64,000 bases of DNA from an uncultured Gammaproteobacteria bacterium (GTDB lineage Bacteria > Patescibacteriota > Microgenomatia > Levybacterales > UBA12049), in assembly GCA_964515545.1 (NCBI GenBank), contig CAZERI010000004.1, forward strand, positions 24,572 to 88,571. The letters are read 5' to 3'. Every line of letters begins with the position of its first letter. Positions within the stretch are counted from its first letter, which is position 1. Shown here one piece after another: positions 41,013 to 50,076 of the stretch. Both the position numbers and the translations under genes were made by a program. Below the pieces are notes generated by a model, which was not told the origin of the DNA, searched no databases, and worked only from the letters and a program-made list of their open reading frames with translations.

Positions 41013-41084
41013 AGATTAATTATAAGTTAAGTATGGAGGAAAAGGGGAGAGGAGTCAATAATGTGCGACGTGGCCTATCAGTAG

Positions 41085-41741
41085 CTAGGAACAACTAGCC
41101 TGAGGAATAGTAACAATAACAGTTTCAAATCCTAAGGATTTGAGAAGTGCAGTAAGCTGACTGCGGGCATTTACCGAAGCAGTATCTAAGATGTGGCCGT
41201 CACAGGCAGCTTTTCTTATAATTTTAGTGGCCTGCTCGCGGGCTTTTGCTTCTAAATCCTTATCTCCCTTGGTGAGAAGCCCCGTTCTCCTATCATATAC
41301 TCTTGTCTGGTCGTTATTAAGAGTAGCAATCAATATCTCAGGAGAAGGGAGCGTTAATCTAATAGCGTTATTATCAATCTGGATATCCTTCTCTTTTACT
41401 TTTGCCATATCGACGCCTGCAATAACATCACCTTGAGCAATCAGAAGGAGCTTATCACCGAAAAGAAATTGCTGAAAAATATTGCCGTTTGTGCCTGCAT
41501 CAATGACTTTTTCTATCGTGAATTGAGCAGTCTCTAAGCGGTTGAGACTTTGGATTTGCTTGATCACGGTTCGTGAATTGGTAGTAAAGACATAAGGAGA
41601 TTTTGGAGAAACCCATCTAAAAATGGAGACTACTCCTGCAACCACCACTATTGAGATAAGGAGAGTAATTAAAATAAAAATAATTCTTTTAGCCATCCCT
41701 AACTTCATATAGTTATTATATGAAGATTTACCCAATAACAC
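41085..41741 (-). CDS. DUF4230-like membrane-anchored protein
   Basis: N-terminal TM (IIFILITLLISIVVVAGVVSIF) followed by ~180-aa domain with layout similar to DUF4230; weak call from memory. Confidence 0.4.
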   Translation of the reverse strand: MLLGKSSYNNYMKLGMAKRIIFILITLLISIVVVAGVVSIFRWVSPKSPYVFTTNSRTVIKQIQSLNRLETAQFTIEKVIDAGTNGNIFQQFLFGDKLLLIAQGDVIAGVDMAKVKEKDIQIDNNAIRLTLPSPEILIATLNNDQTRVYDRRTGLLTKGDKDLEAKAREQATKIIRKAACDGHILDTASVNARSQLTALLKSLGFETVIVTIPQASCS

Positions 41742-41762
41742 AATCTGTGCTAGGATAAAAGT

Positions 41763-42644
41763 GTGACTCGCTTTATCCTTGATTCAGGCAATCCTGATGA
41801 ATATCAGACAACTTTAGAGCTCTTTACAGCTAACGATCAGACTCTTTGGGGAAGTACCACTAACCCTTCACTTATTGCCAAAAAAATTGCTGAGGAAGGT
41901 CGCAAGCTATCCCTCGAAGAAGCTTTTTCCCTTCAAAAAGATATTGTTCTAAAGATTCTAAAAATTGTTCCGGGAGCAGTATCTGCTGAAGTATATGCAG
42001 ACACTCATACAACTTCTGATGAGATGATCAAGCAGGGGAGAGAGATAGCTAAATGGGATGAACGGGTAGTTATCAAACTACCAACCACAATAGAAGGATT
42101 TAAAGCGAGGACTCAGCTGCGTAAAGAAAATATTGTCACTAATAACACGCTTGTTTTCTCTCAGCAGCAAATTTATGCTATTTGCCTTCATGAGCATCTC
42201 CTCCAGGCTGAATTCCGCGTAAAAGGAAAATGGCCGTGCTTTATTTCACCTTTTTTGGGAAGACTTGACGATATGGGAGAAGAGGGAAGTGCATTGGTCC
42301 GTAATGGAATGGAACTAAAAAAGCACTTCTCAGAGGAACTCTGGATGCTTGCAGCATCCATAAGAAGCGTAGCCCACCTAAAAGCATGTATGGAATTAGA
42401 AAGCGAGCTCATAACAGCTCCTCTCAAAGTATACAGAGAGTGGCTGGAAGGCACAGCCCAAATAGCTAATGGACAGGAACTCACAGCTCCAGCACTCTGG
42501 GAAGTTCCATCTCATATTAAAAAAATTCAGACTCTTGATAACTTTTTTGGAGCCATAGAGAGTCGGTCTCTTGATATCACCCATCCTCTTACTGATAAAG
42601 GGATAGACAAATTTACTGAAGATTGGAAGGCCATTCTAAAGTAA
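41763..42644 (+). CDS. tal: transaldolase / fructose-6-phosphate aldolase family protein (with ~70-aa insertion)
   Basis: FILDSGN.., GSTTNPSLIAKK, Schiff-base Lys in VVIKLPTT, SPFLGRLDD, C-terminal HPLTDKGIDKFTEDW. Confidence 0.75.
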   Translation: MTRFILDSGNPDEYQTTLELFTANDQTLWGSTTNPSLIAKKIAEEGRKLSLEEAFSLQKDIVLKILKIVPGAVSAEVYADTHTTSDEMIKQGREIAKWDERVVIKLPTTIEGFKARTQLRKENIVTNNTLVFSQQQIYAICLHEHLLQAEFRVKGKWPCFISPFLGRLDDMGEEGSALVRNGMELKKHFSEELWMLAASIRSVAHLKACMELESELITAPLKVYREWLEGTAQIANGQELTAPALWEVPSHIKKIQTLDNFFGAIESRSLDITHPLTDKGIDKFTEDWKAILK

Positions 42645-42648
42645 GTAT

Positions 42649-44034
42649 ATGACAACTTCTCAGAGTTCCTACAAAAAAGAATATGCAGACTGTCTTGCCT
42701 ATATTGACAGTTACTGGGATCGTGTCATCCACCAGCCAACCAAAAGGGTAATTAATCACCACGTCATAACCATCCCTCACCCTCATATTACCCCAAATCC
42801 GAAGTGGTTAGGAAAATTTGGTTATATGTTCTATTGGGATAGTTTTTTTATGTTCCGTGGCCTTATCGGAACCAAAAGAGAATGGATTCTGCAAAATCAA
42901 GTCGATAACTTTATCTATCTTTTTGAAAATTATGGTGTTATCCCTAACTTTAATGCCCCTGTATCAATGGGTCGCTCTCAACCGCCTTTCCTCTCTTCGA
43001 TGATCTTGGACACTTATAACGGCCATTACTTTCCAGCAATCAGAAAAAATAAGTTCCAGGAAGCACTTTTTAACCTCACGGCTCATAAAAAATGGCTAAA
43101 AAGAGCAGTTGCAGCTGCTAAGAAAGAATATGAAATAGTCTGGATAGATAAAGAACGGCATTATAATCACAGTGTTTTGGATGAGTTGCTTGCACGCTAT
43201 GGAGATCGTGACATCGGTTATGCTCATTCGTCTGAACTAGAATCTGGTTGGGATTTTACCTCACGTTTCTATAATAGATGCAATCAATTTTTCCCAATTG
43301 ATCTTAACGTTCTTCTCTATAAGTACGAACGAGATTTTGCAAAGATCGCTTTTCATTTAGAGAATAGGGAAGAGGAGAAGAAATGGAAGGATATTGCACT
43401 CAAGCGAAAAAAAGAAATTAATAGACTCATGTGGGATGAAAAGAAAGGCTTTTTTTTCGATTATTGTTATACTGATAAGGAAATCAGTAGTTTCCTCTCT
43501 CTCGCCTCTTTCACGCCTTTATGGGCAGGACTCGCGACAAAAGAACAGGCGGAGAGAATGATAGAAAAACTTCCAATTTTTGAAACAGATTATGGACTAT
43601 TTATAACTGCTGAAGAATCACTAGCTCCTAAAGTAAACCTTTCCACTATTCCTAAACGCTTTCGTCCGGCCTTAAAATCTGTCCTTGAACCAAAGCAGTG
43701 GGATTATCCTAATATCTGGCCTCCTCTAGAATATCTAACAGTTATTGGGCTTCTTAAGTATGGTTACGTCGAAGATGCTAAAAGGATTATGAAGAAGTCT
43801 CTGAAAGCTCATGCAGCCCTATTTAGAAAATATCAGACTTTCCTGGAGAAATTTAATGGGGAGACGGGCGATAGAGCTGCTGCGTTTCACTATGACTTAC
43901 AGGAAGGCTTTGGCTGGACTAATGCCGTTTTCTATCGATACGTCCAGCTGCTTGATGACCTTAATGACGGAAAAGAATTATACAAACAGCCAAAAGCAGA
44001 CGAACCGCCTTATGGTCTTTCTCTTTTGCATTGA
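42649..44034 (+). CDS. treA: glycoside hydrolase family 37 trehalase-like
   Basis: Trehalase signature-like motifs FYWDSFFMFRGL, ESGWDFTSRF, QWDYPNIWPPLEY. Confidence 0.7.
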   Translation: MTTSQSSYKKEYADCLAYIDSYWDRVIHQPTKRVINHHVITIPHPHITPNPKWLGKFGYMFYWDSFFMFRGLIGTKREWILQNQVDNFIYLFENYGVIPNFNAPVSMGRSQPPFLSSMILDTYNGHYFPAIRKNKFQEALFNLTAHKKWLKRAVAAAKKEYEIVWIDKERHYNHSVLDELLARYGDRDIGYAHSSELESGWDFTSRFYNRCNQFFPIDLNVLLYKYERDFAKIAFHLENREEEKKWKDIALKRKKEINRLMWDEKKGFFFDYCYTDKEISSFLSLASFTPLWAGLATKEQAERMIEKLPIFETDYGLFITAEESLAPKVNLSTIPKRFRPALKSVLEPKQWDYPNIWPPLEYLTVIGLLKYGYVEDAKRIMKKSLKAHAALFRKYQTFLEKFNGETGDRAAAFHYDLQEGFGWTNAVFYRYVQLLDDLNDGKELYKQPKADEPPYGLSLLH

Positions 44035-44834
44035 CAGCAAGAGATATTCTAACTATAGTAAAATTACCTATGTCAGAATCAAATTCAGAATCAGGGAAAC
44101 GTTTTGAGCCTCAAGATCAGGGAATCAAAGAGACTCGAACCTTCGGAGATCGCCTCCGAAGCGGTCAGACTATGGATGATCTGTCAGATAAACTCCATAA
44201 TACAAAAACAGACAGGCGTTCATTCGTAGCAGGAACAACAGTCCTAGGAATAACTGCTGCAGTTGCAGCTTCAAAGCTCTTCGGACGCCGTCACGAAAAC
44301 CAGACCTCCCAAGGAATTCCTACTCCAGAGGTAGAAGCAAATCATCCTCATCTAGTAATGCTCGCTCGGGATGAGAATGGAGAGCTAGGCTTCAGCGAAA
44401 ACCCTGACGTCGCACAATATATTCCTCATCCGCAATTTTTCGGCATTGATGCTAATCCTTATGTGAGAGTCCGGACAGAAATAGATGTAACCAACGATAA
44501 AACCATAATTGACGGAGTATTAGCACGTGAACTTGAAGACGCCAATTTAGGAGTTATTCGTGTGGGAGGATTTGATTCTAAAGCGTATAACGATATGCAT
44601 AATGATCCGCAATTTTGCTTCAAAACTCTTAATGAAGATCATGTAGAAAAATTTGAATATCTCTGGCTATCTTTTGCTAAAAAAGTTGAAGAAGATCCTA
44701 TGAATGCCGAGTTATATATCGACGATTCGGATGGTACACGAAGTATTCAGTTAGTCGACCATACTGGCAAAGCTGTCGATCGCGGACACTCAGAAGTTAT
44801 CAGTCCAATTTTTGTCGATACAACTGGCAATTAA
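44031..44834 (+). CDS. hypothetical protein with Tat-like signal (DRRSFVAGTTVLGITAAVAA)
   Basis: Twin-arginine-like motif RRSFVAG + hydrophobic stretch + AxA-like site; no known domain; true start probably internal. Confidence 0.45.
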   Translation: MTARDILTIVKLPMSESNSESGKRFEPQDQGIKETRTFGDRLRSGQTMDDLSDKLHNTKTDRRSFVAGTTVLGITAAVAASKLFGRRHENQTSQGIPTPEVEANHPHLVMLARDENGELGFSENPDVAQYIPHPQFFGIDANPYVRVRTEIDVTNDKTIIDGVLARELEDANLGVIRVGGFDSKAYNDMHNDPQFCFKTLNEDHVEKFEYLWLSFAKKVEEDPMNAELYIDDSDGTRSIQLVDHTGKAVDRGHSEVISPIFVDTTGN

Positions 44835-45031
44835 CCTCTCAAACCTGAAGCCCTACAATGCCCTACAAGGCCTCTGAAATATTTAGAACGCCCAGTTAGT
44901 CGTTCTTCTACAGAAGAGTCTGGAGTAATGCCCCTATTTTATAGATAGTTTTACCGCACTTGCATCATAGACCCTTCCCCAAGGGGAACTACGACAAAGG
45001 GGAGAAGGGGGTAAAATTTAGCTTCATTTTG

Positions 45032-45049
45032 AAGCTAAATTAAGGCTAA
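45032..45049. repeat. left terminal inverted repeat (18 bp)
   Basis: perfect reverse complement of 45597-45614; overlaps a 12-bp-stem hairpin aatttagcttca-ttt-tgaagctaaatt at 45015-45041. Confidence 0.7.
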
Positions 45050-45596
45050 AAAGATGTTTTAAGCCCATAATGTATAGACTGAAGCAGTCTAGTAAAGCGG
45101 GAAGGAAAGTCAACTCTAAATAGTATGCAGATAAAGACAAATTAGCGACGGTAAAAATGAAATTTCGCCAGGTATAAGGTCTTCTCTGAAACCATCTATG
45201 ACGTCGTAAAAGTATTATTGTACGACATAAGTCATTACTGAGCCAGACAGTTAAAAATCTCTTATCAAAGATGAGGAGACTACCAAAGACAGAAGGACGA
45301 AAGAAGTAACTAAGCATTAGCCACGAAGCATGCCTACCCCGAAGACCTGACAAAAAGTTTTTTTCTTACTGTCCTGCATGCTTTCCTCTCACCTGGAGAG
45401 CCTGTGAAAAGTTGTGTGAAAATTAGCCCTTTTACCCCTCTCCTCCCTAGAGAGAGGACGAGATATTAAATGTTTAAATTTAGCTTGATTTATCAATCTA
45501 AATTAGTAATTTTAGCCTCAATATCTGAATGTTTTTCGTATTTTTTGCGTACTCTACTTGAGAGAAAGAGTATGCAATTATATACATTGCTGTCTT

Positions 45597-45614
45597 TTAG
45601 CCTTAATTTAGCTT
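45597..45614. repeat. right terminal inverted repeat (18 bp)
   Basis: perfect reverse complement of 45032-45049; followed by agcct..aggct stem and T7 run (45630-45637). Confidence 0.7.
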
Positions 45615-45701
45615 TATTTTGAGGCTATTTTTTTGAAGAATTCAGCCCTATAGTGTATCAAACTATATCAACTTATTATAGGACTTATCCACTTCTCTCT
45701 C

Positions 45702-46568
45702 CTACTTTCCCCACGAGGTAAATAACATAAGAACAAATACGACAACTACACCAACCCATACATACTCCCACATGACGCTTCTAAATAATTTCTTTTCAAA
45801 CCACACATGCGACAGCCCTACCAGCGTATATAAAAATCCAGCGAGAAAGAGAGCTATAACAGTAGCGCTGCTGGGCCAAAACCACACCCCTATCCCCACT
45901 TCTATAATACAGAGACTCACTATCCCCGCCCATTCTTTAAGCGAAGAAATATTTTTTTGTAAATCATACGTCCAGAGAGCTTGATACACGAGCGGATAGG
46001 TATACAAAGCAAGAAGCGGAATGGTAAGAAAAACCCAAAGGTGGAGAGAAAAAAGTGTACTCGTTAAGAAAAAATAAGACAATAAAGTTAAGACAAATGA
46101 GACTATCCTAGCCCCCGACAATAATGCAATCGTTCTGATTGCGCCAACAGTAAAAATATTTTCGCTTAAAAATAACGAGTAAAGTCCAAATGCATAGAGA
46201 GATGTTAGGATAAGCCGGATTATTATCCGTGTCGGAAGAAGAAAATAAAATAATGTAAATGCCAGACTATAAAAAAATGGCAGAATAAATAATCCGATTG
46301 AAAAATTATCTTCTAAGTCTTCTCGTATTGCCCAATACAAAATAAGATCGGTAAGAATTCCTAAAATGATTGCTACTACTATTCCCGCTTTCTCGAATTG
46401 GAATTCAGCTAGAAATAGTCCAAGAGACAAGACAATCATTCCTAAGACAAAGGTCTGTCTCTTGTCTACAGCAGAAAATATCGCTCGCTTTCTTTTCTTG
46501 ACAGGAGGTAATCCCGAACCCTTAGTAATTCCCGAATCGGCAGCTTTCTTTCTTTTAAAAAACTTCAT
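45702..46568 (-). CDS. hypothetical polytopic membrane protein (~8 TM), basic N-terminus
   Basis: Hydropathy pattern only; Lys/Arg-rich cytoplasmic N-terminus (KRKKAADSG..KKRKRA). Confidence 0.5.
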   Translation of the reverse strand: MKFFKRKKAADSGITKGSGLPPVKKRKRAIFSAVDKRQTFVLGMIVLSLGLFLAEFQFEKAGIVVAIILGILTDLILYWAIREDLEDNFSIGLFILPFFYSLAFTLFYFLLPTRIIIRLILTSLYAFGLYSLFLSENIFTVGAIRTIALLSGARIVSFVLTLLSYFFLTSTLFSLHLWVFLTIPLLALYTYPLVYQALWTYDLQKNISSLKEWAGIVSLCIIEVGIGVWFWPSSATVIALFLAGFLYTLVGLSHVWFEKKLFRSVMWEYVWVGVVVVFVLMLFTSWGK

Positions 46569-46590
46569 GTAGTATTCTCTGCTTTAGTTA

Positions 46591-47319
46591 TTAAGAGATA
46601 GCAAAATTTGCGTAGACTTTTTGGACGTCACCATGATCCTCCAATTTCTCCATAAAAGTAATAGCCTTTTCTGTATCTTGAGGATCTGTCATGTCCTTTA
46701 TTACTATAGGCTTATATAGCAGTTCTGCAGACTTTATGGGAAGACCATTTTCCTCCAGACTGGATCTTACTTTACTTAACTCCTCAGGAGAGGTATAAAT
46801 TATTACATCTTCTTCCTCTTCTTCAAGATCTTCTGCACCCAAATCTACCGCAACTAAAAATATCTCATCGAGTGTTTTACCATCCTTCGAAACGATAATC
46901 TGACCTTTTTGAGCAAATTGGTAATTTACACTCCCTGGTACTCCCAGAGTCCCCCCTGATTTATCAAAAATACTTTTAATCTCGGGTGTTGTCCTCTGTT
47001 TGTTATCAGTAATAGCCTCAACAATGACACTAAATCCTCCTGGACCAAATCCCTCATATACCACATCAAACATTTCGGCTGCATTTTTCCCTTCTCCTCT
47101 GGTAATAGCACGCTCGATAGTGTCTTTAGGCATATTTTCAGCCCGAGCTGCATCGATTGCTAAGCGTAGCCTGAAGTTGCCATTAGGATCAGTTATACCT
47201 CCGCCTTCTCGTACCGCCATAGTGATAGCATTAGAAAGTTTAGTAAAAGCCAGTCCCCTCTTGGCATCATTCGCGCCTTTTTGGCGCTTAATTGTTGACC
47301 ATTTTGAATGTCCACTCAT
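46591..47319 (-). CDS. yebC: YebC/PmpR family DNA-binding / translation-associated protein
   Basis: MSGHSKWSTIKRQKGANDAKRG.. hallmark N-terminus; 242 aa. Confidence 0.9.
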   Translation of the reverse strand: MSGHSKWSTIKRQKGANDAKRGLAFTKLSNAITMAVREGGGITDPNGNFRLRLAIDAARAENMPKDTIERAITRGEGKNAAEMFDVVYEGFGPGGFSVIVEAITDNKQRTTPEIKSIFDKSGGTLGVPGSVNYQFAQKGQIIVSKDGKTLDEIFLVAVDLGAEDLEEEEEDVIIYTSPEELSKVRSSLEENGLPIKSAELLYKPIVIKDMTDPQDTEKAITFMEKLEDHGDVQKVYANFAIS

Positions 47320-47425
47320 ATCACGTAACTGAAGTACAATTATACTCTGTCGCTATTGACTTTTGCAAATAAACTCAGTAAAATTTCATCTTATAATTTC
47401 TCTTTAATATAAAGAAAATTTCCCC

Positions 47426-48136
47426 ATGACTCAACTAAAAGCGCAAGCTATCCAAACTGCACTCTCTGGTGATTGGGCATCCTCCATAACTCTTAATCTT
47501 GAGCTTCTTGAAGAAGATCCTAATGATATTGATACTCTTAATAGGCTTGCTTTTGCATACTCAAGCAGCGGTAATTTAAAAGAAGCAAAAAATATTTATC
47601 AGCAGGTGTTATCACTTGATACTCAAAATCCCATCGCTCTCAGAAATTTAAAAAGACTGAGTGAAGGCGGAGGCAATAAAAATGCCAACATCGTTACTCC
47701 AGCTCATGTCAGTAATCTCTTTATTGAAGAACCAGGCAGGACAAAAGTCATCGAGCTGCTGAATGTGGCAGATAAAAAAGTAATTACTCCCCTTCGCTCT
47801 GGTGAGACGCTTTATCTTGTTATAAAACGTATGAAGATTTTTGTTCTTGACCAGAACAAGCAGTATATCGGAATGCTGCCTGATGATATTGGGCGACGGC
47901 TTATCCGCTTTATTGATGGAGGCAATATTTATGAGGCATATGTTAAATCAGTAGATGGAAATAAGGTAACAATTTTTGCAAGAGAAACCAAACGGACGAC
48001 TAAGTTTAAAAACCAGCCGTCTTTCCTTTCATCAGACCGAACGAAACTAGTCGTTCCTACTACACTTAAACCTGGAAAAGACAGATCGCTTGATGAAGAT
48101 AGTGATAATGACAGTCAAGACAATCAGGAAGAATAA
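47426..48136 (+). CDS. hypothetical protein with N-terminal TPR-like helical repeats and acidic C-terminal tail
   Basis: TPR-like LNRLAFAYSSSGNLKEAKNIYQQVLSLDTQNPIAL; C-terminus DEDSDNDSQDNQEE; promoter-like TTGACT-17-TAAAAT upstream. Confidence 0.5.
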   Translation: MTQLKAQAIQTALSGDWASSITLNLELLEEDPNDIDTLNRLAFAYSSSGNLKEAKNIYQQVLSLDTQNPIALRNLKRLSEGGGNKNANIVTPAHVSNLFIEEPGRTKVIELLNVADKKVITPLRSGETLYLVIKRMKIFVLDQNKQYIGMLPDDIGRRLIRFIDGGNIYEAYVKSVDGNKVTIFARETKRTTKFKNQPSFLSSDRTKLVVPTTLKPGKDRSLDEDSDNDSQDNQEE

Positions 48137-48283
48137 GTATCACTTTTAAATAGTATTTTCCCCTTATGCAGCTCCTTTTTCACTGTTCCGACTTCCTTTA
48201 AGTGAATCATATGCCGGAGAGATCTATAAGCAAGCGCTAGAGAAATAATAAAGAGAATTAATAAAATAAGGAAAAACTGCATA

Positions 48284-49096
48284 CTAAAATCTGGTAGTCT
48301 GATTCATATCCTTCCCGACTATGATGATTATATCAGAGATGGATTGGGAGGAAGATTGCGTAAGAGGCAGCGATAAAAGATCCTGCAGTCTTTCAACCGT
48401 ATAGCCTTTTTCACCATAATATTCTATTGATGAAGTACTTTGAATACTATCTGCATTTCTTACGGAGATAATATTCATTCCTATATGAGAAAGTGCTCTC
48501 TCAAGCCTCGTCCCGAGCCCAGGAACTCCAGCAGCATTAACAATTGAAATTGTTTTATTATCTTGATCAATTGCCTCATCGAGAAAAAGCTGTTCCAGCA
48601 TGGAGCCTGAAAGGTTATCATCAAATGGGACATGAACTTCCTGAGAAGTAATGCTCTGAGGACTAACATGATTAGTAGCAAAACTTAAGCGGTATAAGTC
48701 AAAAATATTGAGAGTCGATGTAACATTATTTTTATGCCAAGCTGCATCAGTAAAATATTGAGACAATAGCTTAATTGAGAATGGCTTGCCGAGTGCTATC
48801 TCAGCATCTGGGAGAAGACCTACTTCTTTTCTTGTCTCCTGGAGAGTGTCTCCTCCTCGCACCTGAAGATGACTAAATGTCTTTTGAGAAGAGTTGATTT
48901 CAACAAAATCAATATCATTGTGATAGGTAAAGGCAACTAAAAAATTGTGACTACTATCATACTTACTATCCTTCATGAGGTTAAATAATCGATAGCCTAA
49001 TGAAAGACCTATGGCTATAAGGACCATACCACAAAAAAGATATAAAATCCTTAAACTACTCTCCGATGATTTCTTTGGGCTGGTTTTTTTTCTCAT
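48284..49096 (-). CDS. hypothetical membrane-anchored protein
   Basis: N-terminal basic stretch + TM (ILYLFCGMVLIAIGLSLGY), ~230-aa extracytoplasmic domain of unknown family. Confidence 0.5.
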   Translation of the reverse strand: MRKKTSPKKSSESSLRILYLFCGMVLIAIGLSLGYRLFNLMKDSKYDSSHNFLVAFTYHNDIDFVEINSSQKTFSHLQVRGGDTLQETRKEVGLLPDAEIALGKPFSIKLLSQYFTDAAWHKNNVTSTLNIFDLYRLSFATNHVSPQSITSQEVHVPFDDNLSGSMLEQLFLDEAIDQDNKTISIVNAAGVPGLGTRLERALSHIGMNIISVRNADSIQSTSSIEYYGEKGYTVERLQDLLSLPLTQSSSQSISDIIIIVGKDMNQTTRF

Positions 49097-49109
49097 GGGC
49101 AGAAAAAAA

Positions 49110-49256
49110 TTAGAAAGAGTTTTTCTTCTTCTTTGAGATAACCTCAGGCATTACAAAAGTTGGTGCAGTACTTTGAGTAAATCCTGAGATTGTTTTCTCT
49201 TTGTTCTTCTTTGGTTTCTTCTTTTCTCCTTTAAAAAATCCGTCATTTTTAGCCAT
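49110..49256 (-). CDS. small Lys-rich hypothetical protein (48 aa), below ORF-track size cutoff
   Basis: ATG at 49256 preceded on minus strand by strong SD GGAGGTGA (9-nt spacing); MAKNDGFFKGEKKKPKKNKEKTISGFTQSTAPTFVMPEVISKKKKNSF; stop 13 nt before next gene start. Confidence 0.4.
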   Translation of the reverse strand: MAKNDGFFKGEKKKPKKNKEKTISGFTQSTAPTFVMPEVISKKKKNSF

Positions 49257-49302
49257 AAAAGATCACCTCCTATTTCTAAATTATACACAAGAGAGCCATA
49301 CT

Positions 49303-50076
49303 TTACACTATGGGGACCAAATGATCCATAACTTTTTCTAATTCAGAAGGAAGAGGAGCTGTCAGTTCCATTCGCGTATTGGTTCGAGGATGAAGGAAGG
49401 AAATTTCTAAAGCATGCAGAAAAACTCTTTCTAATAACTTACGATCTTCCCGTTGAGTCTTCCGCCCAGCATATAAAAAATCAGAAAAGATGGGGTATCC
49501 TAGATATTGGAGGTGGACACGTATTTGGTGAGTCCTGCCTGTTATTGGCCTCAATTTTACCAAAGTTACTACTTCACGTCTTTTATCATCTGTACGGTAG
49601 TAACCCATCACCTCATAAAAAGTAACTGATTCTCTCCCCCCCGCCACAATGCCAAACTGTCTTCTATTCCACGGGAGCCTGCCAACCGGAACATTTATTT
49701 CTCCTTTTTCAGGCACTACCCTCCCATGAGCTAATGCCTGATAGGTCTTATGTACTTCTCTCTGTTTAAACTGAGACTGGAGATTAACAAAAGCCTTTTC
49801 ATTCTTTGCAATAAGGAGGATACCTGAAGTTTCTTTGTCTATTCTATGAACTATTCCCGATCTTCCCAAAAAATCTGATATATCTTCTTCCTCACCCTCA
49901 CTTTCCTCATTTTTCTCTCCTACTCCTCCAATATGGAGGTACTCCTCTACTAAATCCTGAACAGTCTTCTCCCCTGTTGTGGTTTGGGACCTATTAACAG
50001 TAATTCCAGCAGGTTTGTTAATAACCAAAAGATCAGTGTCTTCAAAAAGTATAGCGAGCTCATTACTATGGGACAT
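49303..50076 (-). CDS. RluA-family pseudouridine synthase
   Basis: LLVINKPAGITVN, catalytic Asp motif HRIDKETSGILLIAKN; no N-terminal S4 domain. Confidence 0.85.
   Translation of the reverse strand: MSHSNELAILFEDTDLLVINKPAGITVNRSQTTTGEKTVQDLVEEYLHIGGVGEKNEESEGEEEDISDFLGRSGIVHRIDKETSGILLIAKNEKAFVNLQSQFKQREVHKTYQALAHGRVVPEKGEINVPVGRLPWNRRQFGIVAGGRESVTFYEVMGYYRTDDKRREVVTLVKLRPITGRTHQIRVHLQYLGYPIFSDFLYAGRKTQREDRKLLERVFLHALEISFLHPRTNTRMELTAPLPSELEKVMDHLVPIV

Larger units (their letters stand above)
45032..45614. mobile_element. MITE-like non-autonomous element candidate bounded by 18-bp perfect terminal inverted repeats
   Basis: aagctaaattaaggctaa (45032-45049) is the exact reverse complement of ttagccttaatttagctt (45597-45614); flanked by attttg on both sides (45026-45031 and 45616-45621, one-base offset) as possible TSD; no intact ORF inside; additional partial end copies at 45015-45026 and 45477-45486. 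Confidence 0.4.

Noticed and set aside
45024-45353. 109-aa minus-strand ORF inside the long spacer
   Set aside because: Trp/Arg-rich, no SD, no similarity, and lies inside the inverted-repeat-bounded element. Treated as non-coding.
44835-45700. RNase P RNA, tmRNA or SRP RNA in the 870-bp spacer
   Set aside because: Only a loose GGAAGGAAAGTC match to RNase P conserved region I. No complementary P4 strand, no tmRNA T-arm or tag reading frame, no SRP domain IV motif. A formal Rfam scan is still advisable.
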